This document shows positions 47,131 through 58,378 of a DNA stretch of 64,000 nt, one piece after another (the stretch's first letter is position 1; each line of letters begins with the position of its first letter). Source of the DNA: Chloroflexota bacterium (GTDB lineage: Bacteria; Chloroflexota; UBA11872; VXNJ01); assembly GCA_965217845.1 (NCBI GenBank), contig OZ244573.1, forward strand, positions 2,275,663-2,339,662, written 5' to 3'. The translations under genes were made by a program, and so were the position numbers. The notes below the pieces were generated by a model. It searched no databases. It had not been told where the DNA came from and saw only the letters and a list, made by a program, of their open reading frames with translations.

Positions 47131-48806
47131 CGATGCCTCATTAGATTTGTAATCCAAATCCGGATGGGGGCAACACCTGCCGAAGAAGAAATTGAGTCGC
47201 GGCGCGCGCGTGGAGGTGCTTGCCGCGCGCTGCGACCGTTACGGTTCATCTTCCAAGTCCGGTAAGGGCAGGATCTTGGACGAGTTCGTATCGCTCAGCG
47301 GCGACAATCGCAATTACGCTTCGCGGCTTCCGCAGCGACCGGTAACAGTCAAGCCGAGAAACGTCAAGGTCCCCGCCGGCCACGTTTACGATCAAGCCGT
47401 ACGGGACTCCCTGATCGTCCTCTGGGAGGCTTCCGACCGGATTTGCTCCAAGCGTCTCCGGGCGATCCTGCCCACCCTGATCGAGTCGCTTGAGGTGCAC
47501 GACCATCTGCAGCTGGAACCGGTTCTTCGGAACAAGCTGCTTACCATCAGCCCGGTATCGATTGACCGTGTATTGAGGCCGGTGCGTGAACACGCCAGGG
47601 GGAGGCGCCGGCCGCCGCGGCGCCGGAACCGCCCCAGCCGGTCGGTTCCTATAAGGACGTTTGCCGACTGGCAGAACCCCGACCCTGGCTACCTGGAGGT
47701 TGGCCTGTTGGCCCATTGCGGGGGCGCTGTTTCGGGGAATTTCATCGGGTCGCTGGCGGTAACCGATGTTGCAACCGGCTGGGTGGAGACGGTACCGCTG
47801 CTGGCCCGGGAACAGACCCTGGTCACTGCGGCGCTCGATGCGATCGCCGAGCGGCAGCCGGTGCCGATTCGAGGCATCGATTCCGACAACGACAGCGTCT
47901 TTATCCGTGGGCAGCTGATCGACTACTGTCGGGAGCGCTCAATGAACTTCACCCGATCGCGCGCCTACCGCTCCGGGCGACCAAGCCTACATAGAGCAGA
48001 AGAACGGAGCGGTGGTACGACGTTTCGCCGGACACGATCGCTACTGCGGCCTGCTCGTCGGGCAAGCCCCGGCCCGGTTACTTACCCCGGTCGGTCTCTA
48101 CGCCAATTTCTTCCAAACCCTCTGCCAAACCGATCGGCAAGCGACGGGTGGGAAGTCTGCTGAAGAAGCGCTACGACCGCCCCCAAACTCCCTGTCAGCG
48201 CCTGATGGTCCATGCGGGGACCTTAGGGCGTGTAAGAGAGCAGTTGCAGGCCGCCCGCGCAGAACTGGATCCTCTCGCCCTGCTTCGCGACATCCGCCAG
48301 GCCCAGTCGGCACTGGCAGCCCTTAAAGACCCGGAATCGCGCAGCGCGGTGCAGTCAAAAGACCTGTCCGAGTTCCTGGCCGGGCTCGCCGATATCTGGC
48401 GCCAGGAGGATGTATGAGCCGCCCGGCGGCTCCCCAAGCAAGCCCGCTGGTGGCGGACTCGCGCCGATCCTCCGGCAAGCGTCTGGCCCGAAGCGCTTGC
48501 CTACCTGGAAGAGCACCGCGACGCCAACGCCGGGCAGATCCTGGACATGTTGATGGACAGACACACTCCGGTGAGGTCGGACCGGCGCAGCTGCGCACCC
48601 TGCAGCGTCGGCTCAAGGAATGGCGGTCAGTAATGGCGCGAGAGCTCGTCTTCGGGGTCGCCAACGGCGGTTCAGATGTGGCTGGGAATGCCGCAATCGT
48701 GCGCGAAATCGTGGTCGTGGGAGCCACCAAACCGGGCGCATAAAGCTCCGACGAAGTCAGTTACATTTCTTCATGAGGCAACGGGGATCTGCAAAAGTAA
48801 CTGTCG
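47131..48806 (+). mobile_element. ISNCY-like (rve/DDE) insertion sequence copy 1; frameshifted transposase about 47177-48743
   Basis: KGRILDEFV, LWEASDRICSKRL, GIDSDNDS, EQKNG, QLRTLQRRLK across several frames; end motifs TGCCTCA..TGTAA / TTACA..TGAGGCA; ends approximate. Confidence 0.82.
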
Positions 48807-48811
48807 TCGAA

Positions 48812-49389
48812 CACCGATCATCCCGGCCAGCTGGTGCAGATGGACTGCTTCCACGTCGGCAGACTCACCGGCACCAGGGGGACCCTGTGGCAGTACACCG
48901 CCATCGACGTGGCCTCCGCCTACGTCTGGGCCGAGCTGCATGCAACCCCGCGCAATCCGTCATCGCGATGGACATCGCACCTGGCCCGCCGGGTGGCCCG
49001 GGATCTATCTTCCCGGGGCTGGCAGCTGGAGAAGGTCATGACCGACAACGGCTCCGAGTTCCGGGCCAACCAGTTCGGGAGGAGCATCACCAGACTGGGC
49101 GGCCGGCAGAAGTTCATCCATGCCGGGCGGCCGCAGACCAACGGCTGCGTGGAAAGGGTGCAGGGAACGATCCTCAAGGAATGCTGGAAATCCTCGTTCG
49201 CACGCTACCTGGTGCCCAAGCAAACCGGGCTGCGGCGGGAGCCGAACCGGTATCTGCGCTACTACAACACCGATCGTGCCCACACCGGCAGGTGGAACCG
49301 CGGCCAGACCCCCGAAGAGGTCATCGGCAAGGGCAGAATCTACTCCTGAGAAACAGCGGGATGTGTCGCTACATCTCTGAATCAGGACA
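48812..49389 (+). mobile_element. IS481-family element, 5'-truncated
   Basis: PGQLVQMD, TAIDVAS, TDNGSEF, PQTNGCVER, YYNTDRAH; right end terminates in ACA. Confidence 0.85.
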
Positions 49390-49584
49390 AGTTAAGAGCC
49401 GCCTGGCCAGGCCGGCGAGTCCTGGCAGCACGCCTCACTCTCATATCCGGATGCAGCCAGAATGCTGACGGTGGATCCGACCAGCAGGGCACAACTCGCC
49501 AAAGAGATTGTCAGGGAGCGCTTCATAATGAGAGCCTGAAAGCGCTCGCGGCTCGGAGGCCGGGCACGGTGAGCGGGTAGCCGA

Positions 49585-49809
49585 TTAAGCTCCCGGTGGC
49601 TCCGGCTTCATTAGGGCCCAGATCAAAGCGACGATCCAACCGACTACGACGGCGCCAAAAGCCAAGTTGACGAGAAATATCCAGAAGGCGCTCGGGTGCT
49701 GATTGCGGATCGCGACGATCGAAGGCATAAAGTAGACCACCAGCGCCAGCAGGGCCAGTACCAAGCCGGTCGCGATACGCAGGATTTCGTCAAGAATGAA
49801 CCAGTCCAC
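49585..49809 (-). CDS. Superinfection immunity (T4 Imm-like) membrane protein
   Basis: YFMPSIVA..H...IFLVNL..G..VVGWIVALIWAL. Confidence 0.8.
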   Translation of the reverse strand: MDWFILDEILRIATGLVLALLALVVYFMPSIVAIRNQHPSAFWIFLVNLAFGAVVVGWIVALIWALMKPEPPGA

Positions 49810-49824
49810 TTAAGTCCTTAATAT

Positions 49825-50094
49825 CTAGCTATCGAATACATTCAGCAGGGCCGCCACCAGCTCGACCAGCGACCTAATCAAGTTCGGCCCCTGGGAGACG
49901 CTTTCGACCATCTCGGCCAGCGTTTCGGAGGCTTTCGCCAGGTTGTCGGACGCCTGCGCAAGGTTTTCGAGCGCAGCGGACAGGTCCCCCCACAGGATGA
50001 GCCCGCCGATGGCGACGCCGAACGTGACCAGGATGAAAAGCCACGCCGCGGCGATGACCGAGATCAAGCATACGCGCCAGAGCGTCTGGTCCAT
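49825..50094 (-). CDS. Small membrane protein with amphipathic/coiled-coil tail
   Basis: MDQTLWRVCLISVIAAAWLFILVTFGVAIGGLILWG; TGATG overlap with upstream ORF. Confidence 0.6.
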   Translation of the reverse strand: MDQTLWRVCLISVIAAAWLFILVTFGVAIGGLILWGDLSAALENLAQASDNLAKASETLAEMVESVSQGPNLIRSLVELVAALLNVFDS

Positions 50095-50195
50095 CAGGCC
50101 AGTGCCCATGCCAGCGAAGGCGCCAGGATCCCGATCGCGGACAGGATCACCTGGACTCCCAGCAGGATCCGAATCCGCGTCAGGTCGTCGGCCAT
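50094..50195 (-). CDS. 33-aa hydrophobic peptide
   Basis: MADDLTRIRILLGVQVILSAIGILAPSLAWALA*; stop overlaps next start. Confidence 0.5.
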   Translation of the reverse strand: MADDLTRIRILLGVQVILSAIGILAPSLAWALA

Positions 50196-50230
50196 GTGGT
50201 TTATTGCCCGCCGTGTGTATTCCCCGTCCC

Positions 50231-50413
50231 TCAACGCCGCCGGCCGAGCAGCGCGTCGAATAACCCGCCCACGACCCAGGCTGCCGTGAAGCCGGCCAGG
50301 ACTCCGGCGGCCACCAGAATCGCGTCCTGGCGATCGACGCTGAACCAGATGATCATTGCCAGCGTCCCCACCGCCAGGAGTAGACCGAATGCGTAAGAAA
50401 AAAGCGCGCGCAT
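50231..50413 (-). CDS. 60-aa two-TM membrane protein
   Basis: MRALFSYAFGLLLAVGTLAMIIWFS...AILVAAGVLAGFTAAWVVGGLFDALLGRRR*. Confidence 0.55.
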   Translation of the reverse strand: MRALFSYAFGLLLAVGTLAMIIWFSVDRQDAILVAAGVLAGFTAAWVVGGLFDALLGRRR

Positions 50414-51298
50414 CAAGTACCAGACCTTTCCTGCCAACACTTCCCATTCAGCCGTAACGCCCGCATCCGCTTCGCGCCTAGCAACGCTGCGGTCGGCATC
50501 CGGAAGCCGCCCGCAAAGCCGGGCCCGGGGGTGCATGGCCGGCGCTGCTTCCTCTTCATCTCCAACCCGGCGCGGCGCGCCAACGAAGATCGCGACCCGT
50601 GCCGACCGCAATCCGTTCAGCCGATAAATCAAGAGCCGTTGACCCGACTTCGGTGGCCAACTGCGGCAAAGCACGTTCTTTCCCGGCCAAGCGTCTACCA
50701 GGGGAGTCAACCGTGGTTGCCATGCGGGATTCCTTCGCTCGCAGCTGACCGAATCTCATCTGGTCGATGATATGTTGCAAATGCGAAACACATGCGAAGC
50801 GCATTCTAGCGCTCAGCGTCCGCCAGGACGCGCTGGCGAACCAATGCGGTTCCAATCCGGCCGCCGCGGTCATGCCCCCAGATGTCCAAGAGCGGCAGGC
50901 GCCTGGGCCCGGTTCTCCCGGCAAGCTGGTGCCGGCGGTGCGGGTCAACCAGCTCACCGGTCAATTCGAGCTTTGGCTCGGTCTCTCCCTCAATTGCCCG
51001 GGAGCTGTCGATCGTAAGGATGCGGATACGGAGCACGATTGCGGCGGCAATCGATGGAACAGCGACCCTCTCAGCAGCACATAGTTGATGAACGCGCGCC
51101 CCTGGCTCCATGTTGGCGTTACCCAGCAGTGTGTCTGGTGGCCGACATACTGCTGGGGCCCGGCGCTCCTTGTAGTCCCATGCACGGCGTCTGGCACTCC
51201 CCTAGCCGGCGGCTTGTTCCTTCCCGAGAACTGGCCACCGGCAGCTTATTGGGCAGCAAATCTTAAACGCGCGGACAGGGGCGATATCCGCCAGCGCC

Positions 51299-51841
51299 GT
51301 GCTAGTTGCGATCGCCTCGGCGGTAATCGCGGTATCGCAGTTCGCCAGAGTGCCAGACCCGGTGGAAACCGAAGTTCCGATCGAGACGCCGCCAGACCGG
51401 GTGCAGGAACTCGCTCTGGCGCAGATCGAACTTGCGCAGGCCCAGGAGGAATTGATCCGGGAACAGATGGAACTGATCGGCCCGCCGCCAGCGCGCCCGC
51501 CGGAGGAGGATCGACTGGCGGCGCTCGAGGCGGATATCGACTTTCTGCGTCAACGGATCGACAATATCGAGAGCGGCCGGCTGAACGAGATCGAGGGCGT
51601 CGTCCACAGACCACGGGAGCGGGTCGATGCAATCGACCACGGCCGCAGCAAGGACTTCCACTACCTCGAGGGCGAGATTCTGAAACTGGACGCCCACCTA
51701 CAGGTGGTCGAGCAGCAACTGGCGGACGCATCCGGCGGGTTACTGGCCGATGTACGCGAAGAGATCGAGGAAGCCATTGAGGAATTTGCGGTCGACCTTA
51801 TCAACTTGGCGATCGAGGGGCTGCTCGAAGGAAGCGACTGA
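51299..51841 (+). CDS. Hypothetical N-anchored acidic coiled-coil protein
   Basis: Hydrophobic N-terminus, heptad-like E/L-rich body; start uncertain. Confidence 0.6.
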   Translation: MLVAIASAVIAVSQFARVPDPVETEVPIETPPDRVQELALAQIELAQAQEELIREQMELIGPPPARPPEEDRLAALEADIDFLRQRIDNIESGRLNEIEGVVHRPRERVDAIDHGRSKDFHYLEGEILKLDAHLQVVEQQLADASGGLLADVREEIEEAIEEFAVDLINLAIEGLLEGSD

Positions 51842-52151
51842 GTATTGCAGAACCTGGAATCGGAATGCAGGCGACGATTGGATGGCGGCAGTAACCAGAA
51901 CAGTCATAGTCGGAGTTCCCGTCGCCACCATTGGACGCAAACGTATTGCAATAACCCGAGATGCAAATGAAGTTAACGGGTTTCGGCGCTTTGGCCTCTC
52001 TGGCCGGAAGAAAATTCAATCCGCCGCGGTGGATCGATCCAGATTATCGAGCGGCTGACGCCTGGGCGCCCGGCCGGAACAACCATTGGTCCACGTGAAC
52101 ATCGGAACCTAGACGGTCCGCCGGCCCTCACTTACCCCCATTTTTTTTCAG

Positions 52152-52607
52152 CTAGTACAAGCCGGATTGCAGGTTACGATGTACTTTTCTCATCACCTCA
52201 AGGAAGACTCGCTTATCTTCATCGTCGACGCCAACATTAACCAGAGCGTTGGTTTCCTGCAGAGATTCAATAAGCTGCGGCATGAATGCCCAGCCTTCTC
52301 TCGTGAGTTCCAACCGTATGGCGCGGCGGTCTTCGAACGGGCGTGTCCGCTTGACCAGGCCTTTTTCGACCAGCTTTGCCGTGTAGCGGCTTATCGAGGC
52401 CGAATCCAGTTGAATGGCGTCTACCAATTTCTCGGTCGTGCTAGCTTCGTTTCTTGAGCAGTACATGAGAATTGCTATCTGCACTGGCGTAATGCCGAAA
52501 GGGGCTAGGGCCTCCCTGGAGAGTCTTGCTAACATGGCCGTCGTGCCGGCGGCGAGGTATCCCAGTTCGGGAAGAATCTCCCAGTCACTTTCCATGGCCT
52601 TTGTCAT
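52152..52607 (-). CDS. MarR family transcriptional regulator
   Basis: GITPVQ, LVEKGLVKR, EDRR..LELTREG; GGAGG RBS. Confidence 0.9.
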   Translation of the reverse strand: MTKAMESDWEILPELGYLAAGTTAMLARLSREALAPFGITPVQIAILMYCSRNEASTTEKLVDAIQLDSASISRYTAKLVEKGLVKRTRPFEDRRAIRLELTREGWAFMPQLIESLQETNALVNVGVDDEDKRVFLEVMRKVHRNLQSGLY

Positions 52608-52751
52608 GGCCGCCTCCAATGACCGATTTCGGGATTAAACCTGACCCGCCGGCAGATGAAGGGAAAGTGCGGTTGCCATGGCCAACGAATACGAGAGATT
52701 CGTCGGCGCTCCCAGTTACAGCGCAAATCGATTGAAGAGTTGAGGGTCTGA

Positions 52752-53510
52752 TTGGCAAAGGAGGCCAGAACCGTGATCCGTCACGCCGATCCAGCGCGAG
52801 CCGACGCCGAGCGCCGAGAGGCCATGTTGGACAGGATCGAGCGGGTGACCGAGTTGCCACTGATGATCCTGGCCTTTGTGATGGTGCCCCTGCTAGCTGC
52901 GCCCCTCTTATGGAACCTGAGCCCGTCGGCGTCGGCAGTGACATTCGCCCTCGACATGTTTATCTGGGCGCTTTTCGCTACCGACCTGGCGGTCAAATTG
53001 GCGGTCGCACCGCGGCGACTGGAATACATCAGGCAACATTGGCTCGAAGTGCTGATCGTGCTGATTCCCTTCGCGCGACCCCTGAGGTTGTTGCGGATCA
53101 TTGTGTTCGGTTCGAGGGCATACAGGGGGGCCTTGAGACTGGCCCAGGTCGATTTTCTGATAGTGTACGCCGTCGGCCTCGTTCTGATCGTGGCAACCCT
53201 AGTCATGTCGGCCGAGCGCGGACACAACTCCGACCTTGACTCTTTCCCGGACGCTTTGTGGTGGTCCGTCGCAACGGTTACCACTGTGGGGTACGGCGAC
53301 GTGGTGCCGGTGACTCAGGCTGGCCGGGCCTTCGCCTACGTGCTGATGATCGGCGGGATAGGACTATTCAGCGCACTCACGGCAAATTTCGCGTCCATCC
53401 TCGTGAGGAAAGACGATGGCAGCTCAGCTGTCGTCGCCACCCTGTCCGAAGAGGTTCGGTCGATGCGAGAGGAGTTGAAGCAGTTGAGGGAGCAGTTCCC
53501 GCCGGAGTAG
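52752..53510 (+). CDS. Potassium channel (6-TM, voltage-gated type)
   Basis: S4-like RPLRLLR; ALWWSVATVTTVGYGD selectivity filter. Confidence 0.93.
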   Translation: MAKEARTVIRHADPARADAERREAMLDRIERVTELPLMILAFVMVPLLAAPLLWNLSPSASAVTFALDMFIWALFATDLAVKLAVAPRRLEYIRQHWLEVLIVLIPFARPLRLLRIIVFGSRAYRGALRLAQVDFLIVYAVGLVLIVATLVMSAERGHNSDLDSFPDALWWSVATVTTVGYGDVVPVTQAGRAFAYVLMIGGIGLFSALTANFASILVRKDDGSSAVVATLSEEVRSMREELKQLREQFPPE

Positions 53511-53639
53511 AAGGCGAACGCGTCCTGGCTGCGTGCGCCACCAGCCCTTTAATGGTCCTCGCGCCGTAGCTGGGTCCGCATAGCGTGGTTGTCTTGGGGC
53601 CTTGAGGAAAGCAGTTGCGCAGAAGCGCCTCGCTTGAAT

Positions 53640-54051
53640 AATCGAGCGAGAGCGGCTGCCGCAAGCGGCGGCCGGCAACGCCGGTAACCAGCGGCATCAC
53701 CGTATCGACGAAAGCCCACACCAATCCATCGGGAGCGATGTTGGGTGAGAGTTTCGAGAAAAGGTTCCAGAAGAATGCAAGCAATACGACCACGCTCACG
53801 CAGAACAACACGCTGGCTCCCAGTTGCTGCCGCAGATCGGCCGACTCGTCGCCGTCAACAGCACGCTTGGCGGCAATCGCGATCGCAATCGTGATCGCGA
53901 TGCCGACGGCTGTGAACCAGTTGAGTACCTACCAAACCGCGAATGGTTCGTCGCCGCCGGGATTGAACAGCGGTGTGGCGATGAAATTTAGCGCAACGAC
54001 CACGGCCAGCAGGACCAAGCTTGCAGCTTCGATCCGCATGATGATTGCCAT
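53640..54051 (-). pseudogene. Four-TM membrane protein interrupted by in-frame TAG
   Basis: MAIIMRIEAASLVLL...EPFAVW*VLNWFTAVGIAI... continues in frame into ORF 53377..53811; 3' end approximate. Confidence 0.65.
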
Positions 54052-54464
54052 CGGGGTCACGCCCGCTTCGGTTGTCCCTTGGCGGACGGCTCCCGCGCGA
54101 CGAGTTTGCGAATAGGCTGCCGGGCAAGCGCGTGCATGATTACCAACGATACCCGTTGCGCTTTTCTCATGTGAGTCTCGCGATAACCCACTCTTGTCTG
54201 TCGAATGCCGCGGAGATGTTGTTGGTGATTGGCGAGTTGGCCGCGCAGGTGCCGCCAGCGCGGGGGAAGTTGTCCACTCCTGCCGCCTTGGTGGGAACAG
54301 CTCTACCCGGGAGTCTGCTTCGCGCCGGCCTCGCATCTGACGACTGGCGGCGACTCCGTTTTCGGCCACCAGTTCTGCCAGCGGCAGCGGCGCGTTAATC
54401 GGAAATCGTAGGGGGATTTTTTGCGGTAATAACCATGAAGAAACGAACAAACAAGGAACCATCG

Positions 54465-55389
54465 ATGGCCCAACCAGGGCCCGGTCGATCTCACCGTACC
54501 GGCCTGAGCGTGATCAAGTTATTCGAAATGTTTCCGTCGGAAGAGTCTGCCCGCCATTGGTTTGAACAAATCCGCTGCCCGCGCTGCGAAAGCGACAACG
54601 TAGTGGAAGTCAAGAACGCTCGCTCGACGCCACTATCGGTGCCGGGCCTGCCGCAGGTTCTTCAGCGTAAAGGTCGGGGCCGCGATGGAGAGTTCCAACC
54701 TGCCGCTCCGAAAATGGGTTATCGGAATCTACCTGATGACCACCAGCCTTAAGGGCGTCTCGTCAATGATGCTGCACCGTGACCTCAACATCACCCGGAA
54801 GTCCGCCTGGTTCACGGCGCAGCGGATTAGGGAAAGCTGGATGGTCAACGGCGATCCGCTGGACGGCGAGGTCGAGGTGGGCGAGACCTACATGGGCGGC
54901 CGCGAGACCAACAAGCACCCATCGAAGCGTCGCGGCGTCCAGGGGCCTTCCGGCAAGATGATCGTCGTCGGGGCCAAGCAACGCGGCGGGGACGTTCGGG
55001 CAAAGCTGAATCAACGCACCGACAGTCGGACGCTGCATGGGTTTGTCGAGGAGAACGTCGGGCCCGGTTCGACAGTCTGCACGAACGAGTATCGATCATA
55101 CCGCCGCATGCCCAATGTGCTGCGTCATGCAGTGCGGCATTCGGTGGGCAACTATGTTGACGATCAGGCTCATGTCGACGGCCTGGAGTCGTTCTGGGCG
55201 ATGCTAAAGCGCGCTTATCACAGCACGTTCCACCACTTCAGCCGCAAGCACCTGGACCGCTACGTCAGCGAATTTTCCGGACGGGCCAATGCCCGCGATC
55301 TCGATACGCTCAACCAGTTGGCGCCAATGGGGCGCGGGATGGTCGGGCGGCGGCTGACATACCGGTCGCTTACACAAACCGCCGACTAA
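54465..55389 (+). pseudogene. IS1595-family transposase, frameshifted and catalytically mutated
   Basis: CPRC..CRAC Zn ribbon split by frameshift, KGVSS, VEVGETY (D to G), TNE, ESFWAMLKR. Confidence 0.88.
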
Positions 55390-55554
55390 ACCCGATAATG
55401 ATTAGGCTCCGACTTCAGGATTTAAATTTGAGCAAACGAGGAAAAGACTACAGCGTAGTTGGTGGTCATATCGCGCGGAGACGATACTGAGCAGTAAGCA
55501 AGGACGAACACGTCATTTGACCCGGGTGGTTCGGCACCAATTCGCTTTTATCCA

Positions 55555-55813
55555 GTGAAAAACCCATTTACGCCGTATTTGCGTCAGAGATTGTCCCACC
55601 GACGGTGGAGGCATTAAGGGGGTTTTTCTCGGACCTCGCGAACGGGGTGTCAGAGAGGTCCACATGGGCTTCACCACACCAGGTGGCGAAATGGATGCCG
55701 GCATGGCATTGTTCGATTTCCTGCGCGGTCCGCCAATCGAACCCAGCATTTACAACTTGAGTCAGGTTGCGTCATTGGGTAACGTCATCGTCGCTCCCAA
55801 TAACAACGCTTGA
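55555..55813 (+). pseudogene. Frameshifted N-terminal remnant of a ClpP-like protease
   Basis: FASEIVPPTVEAL / VREVHMGFTTPGGEMDAGMALFDFLRG..IYNLSQVASLGNVI across two frames. Confidence 0.55.
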
Positions 55814-56130
55814 ATCTCGAAGATGCGGACTGATCGTAACCGTCCTTCGCGCGCTTGTTCGAAACTAGATCATGGGCAACCAACGCAATAGAATTGGGCG
55901 ACATTACACGAGTCAATTGGGTGCCAGAATAGTGCCCGCACAGGCAGGCGAGTTGGCGGCGGTGCCGGCCGGCTAGCTGATTCCACCCAAGCCCTACCCG
56001 CGAAGGCGGGCTACCACCGGGGGCGAATTGGTTAAACGATTGGATCCGATTCAGAATCGGGCGCGGCTCACGCTTTCGCCGGTGCGAATTAGTTCTCGTT
56101 TGCCGTCAAGCCAAACGTTCGTCGACCCGG

Positions 56131-58212
56131 TTGAGAGCATCGTCGCACAAAGTGACGAGTAAAGCCGTCGACGAGTTGCGCGAGCGCCTTACGCGGTTGA
56201 GGCTGGCAAGTCAGCGCATCAAAGAGAACCCGGACTTAAAGAATGTCCTGCAGGAAATGGTAGACAGCGCAGTTGCAATGACTGGCGCGAGCAGTGGCAT
56301 CATTACCACCTTAGACAACGATGGGCGCGCCCTGGATTGCTGCGTTTCCGGATTAAACACGCGTAACCGCAGACTTCTGGCTGTTGACCCATCACGTTCG
56401 CAGCATTTCGAATTCATCAGAGATCAAAAGGGTGTGCTCCGCGTAGCGGATTGGGACGAATACGCAAAATCGGTTGGTCTTCCCGAGGTGAGCTCTGGGC
56501 GAATCAGGGCGTTTCTGTCGGTTCCGATCCACCATCGTGGCCAATTGATGGGCCAAATCTACTTAGCGAAAAAACAGCCCGGCCTGGAATTCAGCCACGA
56601 AGACGAAGACACACTTTCGGTCTTTTCCGCGCAAGCTGCGTTATTGATCGCCAATGCTCGGCAACATCGCGGCGAAAAACGCGCTCGGAAGGATTTGGAA
56701 ACGCTGTTCGAGATTTCGCCTGTGGGCGTTGCGGTCTTTGAGGCAGAAACGGGATTGCCGATATCGTTCAACCGAGAAGCGGCGAGGATCGCAAGCGAAT
56801 TGCTCGATTTGAACCAACCGCCTGAAGAGTTGTTTGACAGCTTGATCATCGAGCGGGCTAACGGCAACAGTTTCCAGCCTTCGCGTCGCGTCATTTCTGA
56901 GGCAATTGGGGCGGCAGAAGTCATTCGTGCCGAGGAAATTGAACTCAAGCGAAAAGACGGCCGCTCGATCGCAGTTCTGTTGAACGCCACGCCGATACGG
57001 GCCAACGACGGAACTGTCGAATCTCTGGTAACTACCTTTCAGGACTTGACACCGCTCAAGGAGCTAGAGCAATTGCGGGCGGAGTTTTTGGCGATGGTCA
57101 GCCACGAATTGCGAACTCCCCTTACATCCATAAAGGGCGCGGTGGCCACGCTATTGGACCCTTACGCAGGGTTGGACCCTGCCGAATCCCGGCAATTCCA
57201 CAGGATCATCAACGCGCAAGCCGACCGCATGCGCAAACTAATCAGCGACTTACTGGACGTGGCGAACATCGAGAGCGGGTACCTATCGGTACGCCAGATA
57301 CCGTTAGAGGTTGCGGTGCTGGTGGATGAAGCGCTCAACCTGCACCTTGCCGCGGACCGGCCGAACCGATTACAGATCAAACTCGACAAAAATCTACCTT
57401 TGGTGCTGGCCGACCGAATGCGAATTGTTCAAGTCCTGGATAACTTGCTTTCGAACGGGTCCAGACATTCACCTCCCTCGTCAGCAATAAAAGTGTCGGC
57501 TGTCCGGGACGGATTGGCAGTATCGATTTCGGTGCGAAACGATGGCGAAGGCATTCCGGCCGAGCGGCTTCCTCAACTGTTTCGTAAATTCATCAGTATC
57601 GACGCAATTGCAAGCGAGCGGAAGCCGCCGGGCTCAGGGTTGGGATTGGCGATTTGCAAGGGAATCGTAGAAGCGCACGGAGGCCGAATTTGGGCAGAAA
57701 GCGACGGGGCGGGATCGGGGGCCCAGTTCACGTTTACGGTGCCGGCGGCGGAAGCCGTCGCTATGCAGTCAAATTTTATCGGGCACCAGGCGAAACTCCG
57801 TCACGGCAGCGTTGGGAATCTGAGAAGTCGTCGAATCCTTGTTGTCGATGACGATCCGCAAACCCTTAAGTACATTCAAAGCGTTTTGACCGGAGCGGGC
57901 TGCGTTCCAATTGTTACGGCTGATCCGCTTGACGCTGCCCGGATGGTCGTGGAGGAGAAACCACATCTGGCATTGCTGGACCTCATGATGCCGGCTTTGA
58001 ATGGGATTAACCTCATGCGGCAAATGAAGGCGGTGGCAGACGTGCCCATCATATTCGTATCTGCTTACAGTCAGGGTAATTTAATTGCGCAGGCTCTTGA
58101 TTCGGGCGCGACCGACTACGTAGTTAAACCGTTTGCGGCAACGGAACTCTTGGCACGGATAGAGGCAGGGATTCGAAAATACGAGTCCGCAAACCCGCAG
58201 CGAAATGATTGA
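56131..58212 (+). CDS. Hybrid histidine kinase (GAF-PAS-HisKA-HATPase-REC)
   Basis: VSHELRTPLT, VLDNLLSN, DGEGI, GSGLGLAI, VVDDD, LLDLMMP, YVVKPF; visibly more AT-rich than core genes. Confidence 0.93.
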   Translation: MRASSHKVTSKAVDELRERLTRLRLASQRIKENPDLKNVLQEMVDSAVAMTGASSGIITTLDNDGRALDCCVSGLNTRNRRLLAVDPSRSQHFEFIRDQKGVLRVADWDEYAKSVGLPEVSSGRIRAFLSVPIHHRGQLMGQIYLAKKQPGLEFSHEDEDTLSVFSAQAALLIANARQHRGEKRARKDLETLFEISPVGVAVFEAETGLPISFNREAARIASELLDLNQPPEELFDSLIIERANGNSFQPSRRVISEAIGAAEVIRAEEIELKRKDGRSIAVLLNATPIRANDGTVESLVTTFQDLTPLKELEQLRAEFLAMVSHELRTPLTSIKGAVATLLDPYAGLDPAESRQFHRIINAQADRMRKLISDLLDVANIESGYLSVRQIPLEVAVLVDEALNLHLAADRPNRLQIKLDKNLPLVLADRMRIVQVLDNLLSNGSRHSPPSSAIKVSAVRDGLAVSISVRNDGEGIPAERLPQLFRKFISIDAIASERKPPGSGLGLAICKGIVEAHGGRIWAESDGAGSGAQFTFTVPAAEAVAMQSNFIGHQAKLRHGSVGNLRSRRILVVDDDPQTLKYIQSVLTGAGCVPIVTADPLDAARMVVEEKPHLALLDLMMPALNGINLMRQMKAVADVPIIFVSAYSQGNLIAQALDSGATDYVVKPFAATELLARIEAGIRKYESANPQRND

Positions 58213-58378
58213 AGTCAAAACTTCGCCAGTGTCTGCGTCAGTCTTAGCGATCCGGCAATTGAAGTTGAGTCCTGCGCGTAGTAAAGCCCTTCGGCATGCG
58301 GCGGTGTCTTGACCCGAGAGAACAATTCCGAAGTAGACCTTATTAGGCGGGTCCGGATTCTTCGATCCTTGTGGCCAG

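Noticed and set aside
51801-52019. Cys-rich 72-aa minus-strand ORF as a RiPP precursor
   Set aside because: No RBS seen, no modifying enzymes nearby, overlaps the convergent gene.
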